DNA of 32,000 nucleotides from Verrucomicrobiota bacterium (GTDB lineage Bacteria; Verrucomicrobiota; Verrucomicrobiia; Opitutales; LL51): NCBI GenBank assembly GCA_021294815.2, contig CP095464.1, positions 480,001 to 512,000 of the forward strand, read 5' to 3'. Shown piece by piece: positions 24,135 to 32,000 of this stretch (position 1 is its first letter; each line of letters starts with the position of its first letter). The notes under the pieces were generated by a model. It saw only the letters and a program-made list of their open reading frames with translations, ran no database searches and was not told where the DNA came from. The position numbers and the translations under genes were made by a program.

Positions 24135-24171
24135 TAGCAAGCACTCCTTTGAACGGAAGGAGTGCTTGCTA
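24135..24171. repeat. perfect 15-bp inverted repeat TAGCAAGCACTCCTT-tgaacgg-AAGGAGTGCTTGCTA
   Basis: Read directly. There is no flanking T-run on either strand. Confidence 0.85.
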
Positions 24172-24412
24172 GCGCATCTGCAGTAACATCAGCTAAGGAG
24201 CACGTCATATACGATTAAACACTGCTTAGTTGTTTGGAGCCGGATTTTTGGCTTCTAGTGCGATCAACTGTCTTCTTAATGATTCTAGCTCCTGATTCTT
24301 CAATTTCAGTTCCTTTTCTTGCGACTCTATACGTCGCTTTAATTCTTTGTGACTTGGTGAACTTGAGGAAATGGAAACTATTGCTGGAAGACTTGAATGA
24401 ATATAGATGGTA

Positions 24413-25835
24413 TCATTTGCTTTGTACTGGGTTTTGACCTCTGGGTTTGTGTCCTCTTTTCATGTTTTTGGCAGGAACAGGATCAGGAAGAGTAACCGTT
24501 GAATTCATGGTATCTGGAACTCCTTTCAGGCGACCCAAACCATTGGCTATGAGTTTTTGTAAATCACCCTCACATTTTGGTTCCAAGCACTCCAAATACT
24601 TGAGCATTTGAGTTTTTTTTCTGTTGAATTCCTTAATAATGAAGTTTTGGGTGGCATTGGGGAACAGTGCGCGGATGCTCAGCATGAGCGCTTGGAAGGC
24701 ATCTGGTTTGAGCAGTTGTTGGGCTCGTAGTACCCGTTCTCTATATTGTTTTACTTGGTTGCGCAATGCATGAATACGCTGAGCACGGAGGTTTTCAGGG
24801 TTGTCGTTCATCGCGCGAATCAACCTTTGGTGACTAAAATACCACGTTATGGCAGCGACTAACCATGGTGCTTCTGATGTGTTTGTTACCCTTACCTTTC
24901 CTATGAGAAGACAGTCCTTCTGTGCTTGTTTTACGTCCTTTGGGAGCATGTTTTGTGGGTCTATTGGAGGGAAATCTTTATATACGCCCTTTCCTCTGCG
25001 TGCGTTGCTGGTTGTGTTTTTGTTTTTTTTCACAGATTCACTTGATTGGCTCTGAGATGCTGTTAGCTGTGTTGGCGCAATTTCATCACTTTCGGACTGA
25101 GTGCTCACATCATCAGGAATCTCGACGGCTTCATTAATATCTAGAGAGCTTGATGAGGACTCCACCATGGATGTGCTTTGCGCTATCGGCGTTTGAATGT
25201 GCGATACAAATTGATCTTGGATTGGTTCGGTTTCTCGTTGCGCGTTTTGTGTATTATCTATCCCAGGTGTCGGTAGTAACATGGGTATCGCTGGAGGAAG
25301 CATTGCATATTCCTGTGATATGGGTAAGCTGTGGAGTGTTGAGGTCTGAATTGGATTGTTGATCTCTAATTGAGGATACGCGTCGTAATTGATGTTGTTG
25401 GATTCCAGCAGACTCGATACTGAGGATAATCTTGGTGTGAAATCGAAGGATTTCCTCTGAATTGTAGGTTCATTGTCGAAAGAATCTAATAAAGATCTCG
25501 GTTCGGCATTGGGGTAATTCGATGAATTCCGGGGTCTGAAATCGAGGGGATTGGATAGAAATTCTGGAGCAAAATTAAAAATGTTCGTTGAAGTTTCTTC
25601 AGCGAAATCCAAGGAATTTTCATGAGTTTTCTTCTGAAATTCACGTTCGATGCCGAGAAAATCTAATGAAAAACCCTGGTTCTGTATCGAAATAATTCGA
25701 TGAATTCTGAAGCCTAGAACCGAGGGGGCTTAGTGGAGATTGTGCTTTCCACAAAGAACTGCTTGCCAATAGAGAGCTAATAGGGGCACTCATTGAAAAC
25801 ATCAACGAAAGCAGATGAGTTGAATATTTTTTCAT
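24413..25835 (-). pseudogene. MKKYS-leader family secreted protein gene, interrupted by a frameshift at an A5/T5 homopolymer (ORFs 25641-25835 and 24413-25612/25729)
   Basis: The 64-aa ORF carries the signal peptide MKKYSTHLLSLMF. The downstream frame is open from 25729. Removing one base of the run at 25669-25673 gives one 473-codon ORF, and the motif ...FDTEPGF|SLDFLGIE... then continues across the junction. Confidence 0.7.
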
Positions 25836-25988
25836 AACGTGGCAAACATCTTATGGACTTTTTGATATGTCAAGGAATTTTTATAAAAATTTATTAAATG
25901 AAATTTAATCTAACTACTTATTGGCCCGAGATTGTTATTTATTAGGTGATCGCGATTGAATCGTAATAACTTTTAAATACGTTGCGAG

Positions 25989-28900
25989 ATGATGAGATTT
26001 CACCAAAAAGATGGATTTATTCTGGCGTTGACGGCGTCCGTTTTAGCGATGCTGACGACGATTTTGGTCGGCTATTCGTTGCTGGCGCTATTGCAAAAAC
26101 AACAGACGGCGGGATTTAAAAACGAGGCTAACGACCGTGCGCGACGAAATGCGCTCCAGGGGCTACAGATGGCGCTCGCGCAATTGCAGGCAACGACGGG
26201 AAGCGATTGTACCGCGACGGCAAAAGCGCAGATTTTGCCCTCATGTTTGCCGAAATGCCAGCATTGGATTGGGGCGTGGCGTGTACGAAAGTGTGATGAG
26301 ACTGTTCCAGATGCCTCCGATGAGAAGACATTTTTAAGCTGGCTGGTTTCGGGGGATCAGAGCACGATCGAGGACGTGCAGCAACCAAAATCTTTTACCA
26401 ATATACTCAGTTTTCTTGAAAACGTGGACCCCGTTGACGTTCCGTTGGTCGATGTGGAAAAATCTGATTTTAAGGGACAATACGCGTACTGGATCGAGGA
26501 CCAGAGCTTTAAAATCGCTACCAATCGTCAGAATAGTGATGCGGTGCCGGAGCTATGGACGCGACATTTGCGTGTGCCGGAGCAGGCGTGGTTTGTGCGG
26601 CGTCAGTGTCCTCAGCAGTTCAATATCGCGATGATGGGTGATCAGGTTCCTGAAGACTTCGATGTTGCGTATTTTCTGGCGTTAGCACGGGGAGATTCCG
26701 AAACAGTGCGTACATACAGGCAGAAACGCTTCCATCACTTGACTCGATTTTCTTGGGGACTTTTAACCGATACACGCACCGGTGGGTTCCGGAAAAATTT
26801 GCGTTACGGCCATAACTACCTGCAAGAAATCCCGGAAGGCGCATTTCTCTTTACGCCGCCCACAACGTATCCGGCACCACCACCGACTTGGGATTTTTTT
26901 AAGAGCTTTGTTTCACTCGAGGGAAAAGACCTATTGCCGATTCGTGCCACGTACCCGCTCTACAACCCGCAGGCTGGCGTCGATTACAGCAGTTGCCAAC
27001 TGAAAATGACGAGCGACGGCGATTATGTGACGGGGCAAATTACTGGGCGCCATGCCGCAGATCTTGGAATCGCGACGCAGTATGGTGTGTACCCCATTAT
27101 GACAGAGTTTCTGAACAACATGAGTCTCCGTTATGTTGCGCCGTCGGACGTCGAAAATGCGGCAACACCGCATGATCTATTGTTTCGCGCACAGGTGGGG
27201 TTCCACTTGGAGAATCCATTCAACCGACCACTAAGCGGTACAAAGCTATCCGTGGCACAGGAAGCGCCATCCGTTGAGTGCAGCCAGATGAGCAGTAAAA
27301 GTTACGTCCATTACCAGAAAACGCCAACCTTTCGCTGCAAGTTATTGGATGTTAACGGTGCCACGCTTCGCGACGGACTTTTAGGGGATTACGTACCCAA
27401 TTGGGGAGCGGATGCGTCTTCTGGTTATCTACGTCGTGTTTGGGGCGGTGCGCTCGAGGTCGATTTTTCCCAAAATACATCACGTTATTTAGTATTTAAA
27501 AATAGTGGCTACGAGAGTGGAAAGAGTTGGGAGCTGACGTTGACGGACTCAATGGAGGCAACATATTACAGCGCTCGCGAGTTGCGGATCGATCTCTCGG
27601 GATCGCCCCGTGCGGCGTCGTGTTGGTGGGAAAGTTACCCACAGTTGTCGGGACAGGGCAATTGTTGGCCCAACTTGTACGACTCTTGGGATCATCTTTA
27701 CCTGCGTGTGACGGATCGCGATAACCGTGTTTTGCAGCAAATCAGTGATCTGCCAATGGGTCCGGGAAATGTGCGATGTGATCGTAACTTCGCGATTGCG
27801 ATTGGGGCATTGAATGGGCAAATGATCCCTTTATACGGTATGCACCTGAATTTGAAACAGGCACCCAGCACCTCGCCTTACAAGACGCGACCTTTTTTAG
27901 CGGGCAACCCCCATGCACCTGTTGCGGGACGGACGGCGTGTCAGGATGCCGTGACGGGTCTGAATCCTGGAACTGGTGCGGTACCGGGTTATGGTTCTTG
28001 GGAGACCGCGTGGAGGGGACTTTCCGACGCCGATGCGCTGGCTAGCGGTTCCATTAAATTGGCCAATACATGGGAACAATTCAACGACTATTCGCGCTTT
28101 CGGTCTATTTTAGACCTACCGGAGGCGCATTATAAGTTGCTCAATCTTGGGTTTTTACAGCACATGAACGTGGGCGTTTTTTCGTATCATCCGCTGTATG
28201 CGATTGGAAATTCGTTTCAAAATCCATGGATCGAGCGTGATCGATTTTTCCAAGAGAACCCGGCGTTTACAAATTCGGTGTGGCCGTCACACCATCGCGT
28301 TGAGTTGCTGTACGACTACAGTTATGCGCTCAATCGTGCGCTTTGGGATCACTATTTTATCGCGTCGACGGGCCTCAATCGTCCAACTATTTTGGTCAAT
28401 CCGCGACAAAAGGCGTGGGTTGGGGCGGATGAAGAAGCGCTTTATTCTTTTCATGATGCGGCGAAAAACCTCGTGTTACGGGGAGCGTTTAACGTCAACA
28501 ATACTTCGGCGGAGGCCTGGGCGGCCTTGCTCGGCAGTACGGCGGGCGCGATTACGGGAGATACGCGCTATGTGGAATATTCCCGGATTCAAACATCGCC
28601 AGACCCGGCGGGGTTACGGCAGTTGGAGCAACAAGCGGTGTGGGATTTAGCGCAGGCTGTCGTACAGCAGATTCAGCGGCGAGGTGTTGCTGGCAGTTTA
28701 GGAGAATTCATCAACAGGAAACTCGTTTCAAAAGAACATCCCGATGCGGAGTTAGGTTTAAAAGGAGCCCTACAGGCGGCGATTGACGCTACGAACACCA
28801 ATGCAGAGTATGGCGGGGAAAACGTTATTTCACAGGTACACTCACCCTTTTTCGATGATGAGGCTGCGAGTGGTCCAACATGGGCAGGGGCACCTGGGTT

Positions 28901-29141
28901 TTTAACGCAAGCAGACCTTTTGCAATCCATTGGAACGGTTCTCTGTGCGCGGGGCGATACGTTTAAGATTTACGTTTATGGTAATACATTGGATGATGAG
29001 GGACAGGTTTTAGCAGAAACCCATTGCGAAGCGTTGGTGCAACGTTTTCCGGAGTGGCTTGATGCAGATAAGCCCGAGTTAGGGCGGCGTTATCAGGTGC
29101 TTTCGATGCGCTGGCATTCGCCTAAAAATCCAGAAACGTAA
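25989..29141 (+). CDS. large (1050 aa) protein with an N-terminal pseudopilin/GspK-like hydrophobic segment
   Basis: The N-terminus MMRFHQKDGFILALTASVLAMLTTILVGYSLLALL resembles prepilin-type leaders without Glu+5 (GspK-like). The remainder was not recognised. Confidence 0.6.
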   Translation: MMRFHQKDGFILALTASVLAMLTTILVGYSLLALLQKQQTAGFKNEANDRARRNALQGLQMALAQLQATTGSDCTATAKAQILPSCLPKCQHWIGAWRVRKCDETVPDASDEKTFLSWLVSGDQSTIEDVQQPKSFTNILSFLENVDPVDVPLVDVEKSDFKGQYAYWIEDQSFKIATNRQNSDAVPELWTRHLRVPEQAWFVRRQCPQQFNIAMMGDQVPEDFDVAYFLALARGDSETVRTYRQKRFHHLTRFSWGLLTDTRTGGFRKNLRYGHNYLQEIPEGAFLFTPPTTYPAPPPTWDFFKSFVSLEGKDLLPIRATYPLYNPQAGVDYSSCQLKMTSDGDYVTGQITGRHAADLGIATQYGVYPIMTEFLNNMSLRYVAPSDVENAATPHDLLFRAQVGFHLENPFNRPLSGTKLSVAQEAPSVECSQMSSKSYVHYQKTPTFRCKLLDVNGATLRDGLLGDYVPNWGADASSGYLRRVWGGALEVDFSQNTSRYLVFKNSGYESGKSWELTLTDSMEATYYSARELRIDLSGSPRAASCWWESYPQLSGQGNCWPNLYDSWDHLYLRVTDRDNRVLQQISDLPMGPGNVRCDRNFAIAIGALNGQMIPLYGMHLNLKQAPSTSPYKTRPFLAGNPHAPVAGRTACQDAVTGLNPGTGAVPGYGSWETAWRGLSDADALASGSIKLANTWEQFNDYSRFRSILDLPEAHYKLLNLGFLQHMNVGVFSYHPLYAIGNSFQNPWIERDRFFQENPAFTNSVWPSHHRVELLYDYSYALNRALWDHYFIASTGLNRPTILVNPRQKAWVGADEEALYSFHDAAKNLVLRGAFNVNNTSAEAWAALLGSTAGAITGDTRYVEYSRIQTSPDPAGLRQLEQQAVWDLAQAVVQQIQRRGVAGSLGEFINRKLVSKEHPDAELGLKGALQAAIDATNTNAEYGGENVISQVHSPFFDDEAASGPTWAGAPGFLTQADLLQSIGTVLCARGDTFKIYVYGNTLDDEGQVLAETHCEALVQRFPEWLDADKPELGRRYQVLSMRWHSPKNPET

Positions 29142-29704
29142 ACGTCTTGGGCGCTTTTTTTTGAAATTCCACACAGCGAGCAGTATTCTAAAATGTCGGG
29201 ATCGATGGGCCCAATCGAGGTACCGTGTTCGCAATTGGTATCCCGTGAGGCGACGCGCATGATCGGCGTTGCGGTGATGGTTGCAGACGAAGAGAGTAAT
29301 AATCCGCGGAAACGCTGTGTTGCGGTTATATTTTCTACTTTTTCAGGAACTTCAATGGTGCCGACGTAATCGAAATGTGTGGTATCTTCGCCCACGGCGT
29401 TTACAGTGACCGTGGATTGGCCCTGTGCGCCTATGTGATGTTGCGCGGTTTTGCAGGAAAAGGATTTTCCGGCAGTGCCACGGTATTGGATTTGGAGTGA
29501 GAGCGTAGCGTCGGATTCAATCGTGAAGTCCGCATCGAGTGAGGAGAGGGATGAAACGCGGTGGGGCCACAGCTGGAGGGCGAGTTTACGGCCAGCCGGA
29601 AGATGTCCGCGAATTCGTAACGCGTCATCTGCTTCTTGGACGACAAGATCGAAGGAGTCATGGGACGTTACTTCGGCGATGGCATTAAAGATGTCTGAGG
29701 TCAC
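29093..29704 (-). CDS. short SufB/SufD-family (UPF0051) domain protein (203 aa)
   Basis: The C-terminal motif [37 protein letters not shown] matches the SufB/SufD (S)HGATVG.LD...LFYL.SRGI signature. The GTG start overlaps the recA stop (GTGA). Confidence 0.6.
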   Translation of the reverse strand: MTSDIFNAIAEVTSHDSFDLVVQEADDALRIRGHLPAGRKLALQLWPHRVSSLSSLDADFTIESDATLSLQIQYRGTAGKSFSCKTAQHHIGAQGQSTVTVNAVGEDTTHFDYVGTIEVPEKVENITATQRFRGLLLSSSATITATPIMRVASRDTNCEHGTSIGPIDPDILEYCSLCGISKKSAQDVYVSGFLGECQRIEST

Positions 29705-30762
29705 GATTCCGGAGTTGAGGACTCATCGGGCGTTTCGGCTAATACCGTGCCACCAGAAACGTTGACCCGGGCGACGATCGCTTTTTGAATTGCCGCAGCT
29801 AATTGCTGATCCTGGCGAATCGCTTGCTTGGCACTTTCACGGCCTTGACCGAGCATTTTCCCGTTAAAGGCAATCCAGGCGCCCTTTTTTTCTAAAATAT
29901 CGTACTCGATGCCGAGATCAATGAGGGAACCTGCTTGTGAAATTCCTTCGTTCCGCATGATATCGAATTCGCATTCCGTGAAAGGTGGCGCGACTTTATT
30001 TTTAACGACCTTAACGCGTGTGCGATTGCCGAGGAAATGACCGGTGTTGTCCTTGATTTGGTTGACACGCCGGATGTCGAGGCGTACGGAGGCAAAAAAC
30101 TTAAGCGCACGGCCGCCGGGTGTCGTCTCGGGGCTGCCGAACATAATCCCGATCTTTTCGCGGATCTGGTTTGTAAAAATACAAATACATTGGGTACGGC
30201 TGACGGCAGATGTGAGTCGTCGCATGGCCTGGCTCATCATTCGGGCTTGGAGGCCGATGGTGGTATCGCCGATTTGGCCTTCGAGTTCGGCCTTTGGGAT
30301 GAGTGCAGCAACAGAATCGATTACAATCACATCAATTGCACCGGAGCGAATGAGGGTTTCGGCGATATTGAGCGCATCTTCACCACTCTCAGGCTGAGAA
30401 ACCATGAGATTATCGAGATCGACGCCGACAACTTTGGTGTATTTGGGGTCCAACGCATGTTCGACATCGATAAATACCGCATTGCCGCCCTTGCGCTGGG
30501 CTTCGGCAATAACGCTGAGACAGAGCGTTGTTTTCCCCGAGGACTCTGGTCCGTAAATTTCACAAATTCGCCCACGCGGTAGACCACCAACACCGAGGGC
30601 GAGATCGAGCGATAGCGAACCGGTTGAAATCACCGAAACGTTCATTTTTTTCGCATCGCCCATCCGCATGACGGACCCGTCGCCAAACTGTTTATTAACG
30701 GCCGCAATCGCGAAATCGATCGGCCGATTTTGTGGTTCGTTTTTTTGGGTATCCGTCGTCAT
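29701..30762 (-). CDS. recA: recombinase RecA
   Basis: GPESSGKTT Walker [11 protein letters not shown] and the L1/L2 loop regions. Typical length of 353 aa. Confidence 0.97.
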   Translation of the reverse strand: MTTDTQKNEPQNRPIDFAIAAVNKQFGDGSVMRMGDAKKMNVSVISTGSLSLDLALGVGGLPRGRICEIYGPESSGKTTLCLSVIAEAQRKGGNAVFIDVEHALDPKYTKVVGVDLDNLMVSQPESGEDALNIAETLIRSGAIDVIVIDSVAALIPKAELEGQIGDTTIGLQARMMSQAMRRLTSAVSRTQCICIFTNQIREKIGIMFGSPETTPGGRALKFFASVRLDIRRVNQIKDNTGHFLGNRTRVKVVKNKVAPPFTECEFDIMRNEGISQAGSLIDLGIEYDILEKKGAWIAFNGKMLGQGRESAKQAIRQDQQLAAAIQKAIVARVNVSGGTVLAETPDESSTPES

Positions 30763-30810
30763 AGCCGTATCTTCTACTGCGATTACCGGCTACTTCAAGA
30801 TAAAAACTTT

Positions 30811-31749
30811 TTAGAGTTCGGCGCGGATTTGTTGGGTGTAGGATTCGATGACGGTTGCGGATTTATCGAGGCCGATCCGTTCATTTTCGCTGAGCTTCGG
30901 GTGTAAAACTTGTACAATTCCCTGACGATTGACAACTGTTGGCATCGCGAGACAGATATCGTGGGCGGACTCGAGGCGCTCATGATGCGACGAAACCGGG
31001 AGAATCGCGTTTGCATCCATAGCGATTGTATGGCAGATTTTGGTTAAAGCTCCGGCGATACCGTAGAACGTCGCACGCTTTCCGGCGATAATTTTATACG
31101 CGGCATTGCGGACATTATCATCAATTTTACCACGGACTTCTTTAGTAAAGACTTTGCCGACGGTTTGAGCGAAATCTTCGATACCCATAATCCCGACATT
31201 GGCTTTCGACCAGATGAGGACTTCGTTATCGCCGTGTTCACCAAGTACATACGCACTAATAGTCTCGGAGGAAATCCCTAAAAACTGAGCAATTTCCGCT
31301 TGGAAACGCGCACTATCTAAAAGCGTCCCACTACCAATAACACGCGTTTTCGGAAGACCCGATAGCTGAAGGACGATCTCGGTCATGATATCGGCTGGGT
31401 TAGAGGCAACAAGGAAAATCGCATCTTTGGCGTATTGCATTACCTGCGGAACAATTTCCTTAAAGATCGAGGCGTTGACCTTGAGAAGATCAAGGCGTGT
31501 TTGACCGGGTTTCTGATTCGCACCAGCAGTGAAAATAATAATATCGGATCCAGTGAGGTCTTTGTAATCCCCAAAAGAGATCCGGTTATGGTGGCCACAA
31601 GGAGTCGCGTGAACGATATCGATGGCCTCGGCTTCGGCCCGCGCGGCATCCTTATCGATGAGGAGAACTTCGTGCGCCGTACCACTCATCACAAGCTGAA
31701 AGGCCGTTGCACTGCCGACAAATCCCGAACCTATAATTGCAATTTTCAT
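30811..31749 (-). CDS. ldh: L-lactate dehydrogenase
   Basis: MKIAIIGSGFVGS Rossmann motif, GANQKPGQTRLDLL (Gln at the substrate-specificity position, as in LDH rather than MDH) and GEHGD. Confidence 0.85.
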   Translation of the reverse strand: MKIAIIGSGFVGSATAFQLVMSGTAHEVLLIDKDAARAEAEAIDIVHATPCGHHNRISFGDYKDLTGSDIIIFTAGANQKPGQTRLDLLKVNASIFKEIVPQVMQYAKDAIFLVASNPADIMTEIVLQLSGLPKTRVIGSGTLLDSARFQAEIAQFLGISSETISAYVLGEHGDNEVLIWSKANVGIMGIEDFAQTVGKVFTKEVRGKIDDNVRNAAYKIIAGKRATFYGIAGALTKICHTIAMDANAILPVSSHHERLESAHDICLAMPTVVNRQGIVQVLHPKLSENERIGLDKSATVIESYTQQIRAEL

Positions 31750-31801
31750 AGTAGTGCTGATTTTATCAGGAAATCGCTGGATTTACAAGGTAATTTTACA
31801 T

Positions 31802-32000
31802 TTATTTTAAATTCCGATGTACCAGCGTCTCGTCGAAGTAATTGAAGTCCATACCTGCGTTCACAACGATACCAGCGCCATTGATACCCGTTGAAAGGTT
31901 ACTCAATAAGAATAAAATCGTTTTAGCGACCTCTTCAGTCGTGACGGCTCGTTTCCGAAGCGTCATCTGTTCCGCATAAAGGTAATTATCAACATAACCG
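31802..32000 (-). CDS. fabI: enoyl-[acyl-carrier-protein] reductase FabI-like SDR, C-terminal 65 codons (5' end outside the window)
   Basis: Hand translation gives ...[52 protein letters not shown], which matches the FabI C-terminal pattern R.VT.E.V....FL.S.LS.GI.G....V..G. It is not in the ORF track because the start is missing. Confidence 0.7.
   Translation of the reverse strand, partial: GYVDNYLYAEQMTLRKRAVTTEEVAKTILFLLSNLSTGINGAGIVVNAGMDFNYFDETLVHRNLK

Noticed and set aside
24234-24437. 67-aa plus-strand ORF in the gap between the palindrome and the frameshifted gene (also 23929-24144 on the minus strand).
   Set aside because: There is no start context or conservation signal. It overlaps the 3' end of the minus-strand gene or the pseudopilin stub, so it is likely spurious.
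28198-28650. 150-aa Arg-rich plus-strand ORF, together with several 60-90-aa ORFs inside 25989-29141 and the 181-aa ORF at 30037-30582 antisense to recA.
   Set aside because: They are alternative-frame or antisense ORFs nested inside long genes that are well supported (recA) or continuous (the 1050-aa gene). Their composition is typical of off-frame translation.

Overview
Bacterial chromosomal window. The gene content looks like a PVC-superphylum or Verrucomicrobia-like organism, possibly host-associated, but this taxon call is low-confidence inference. It rests only on the GspK-like N-terminus of a giant protein, the FWxxF-type anti-sigma partner and weak Shine-Dalgarno usage.

Housekeeping genes sit on both edges. 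On the left are mraY (partial), glmS, a BFN/DUF151 nuclease-like gene, rarA, an MBL-fold hydrolase and an M42 peptidase. On the right are a SufD-like gene, recA, ldh and fabI (partial). Between them (about 6.25-29.1 kb) lies a visibly more A/T-rich accessory region (judged by eye, not computed) with no integrase or transposase. It is built almost entirely from paralogous modules:

1. Five tandem genes (6.3-12.6 kb) share one about 150-bp 5' module: hairpin plus T-run, TTGACA-16-TAnAAT, exactly 10 nt, ATG, then a 23-aa signal peptide ending FG|E. Their mature parts are unrelated to each other.
2. Two paralogous genes without signal peptides (12.7-14.6 kb). One carries a 27-proline tract encoded by a 9-bp microsatellite, followed by a WH2-like helix.
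3. Three nested copies of the 3' end of a short GspE-type secretion ATPase gene, including a perfect 165-bp direct repeat.
4. The gspE operon, with a translationally coupled 68-aa ORF and two paralogous membrane or lipoprotein genes that have leaderless-type promoters.
5. An ECF sigma, anti-sigma and HtrA-like cluster in which the protease appears to lack the catalytic His and Asp.
6. tRNA-Cys, followed by a duplicated unit of a secreted low-complexity protein gene, a divergent intergenic region and the 5' end of a pseudopilin-like gene. The decay is reciprocal, with one copy frameshifted at an A5 run and the other reduced to a 5' stub.

The most interesting candidate system is the leader-cassette array of secreted proteins, together with the poly-Pro effector-like genes packed against the orphan GspE ATPase. 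All homology calls come from reading motifs by eye. No database search was run.
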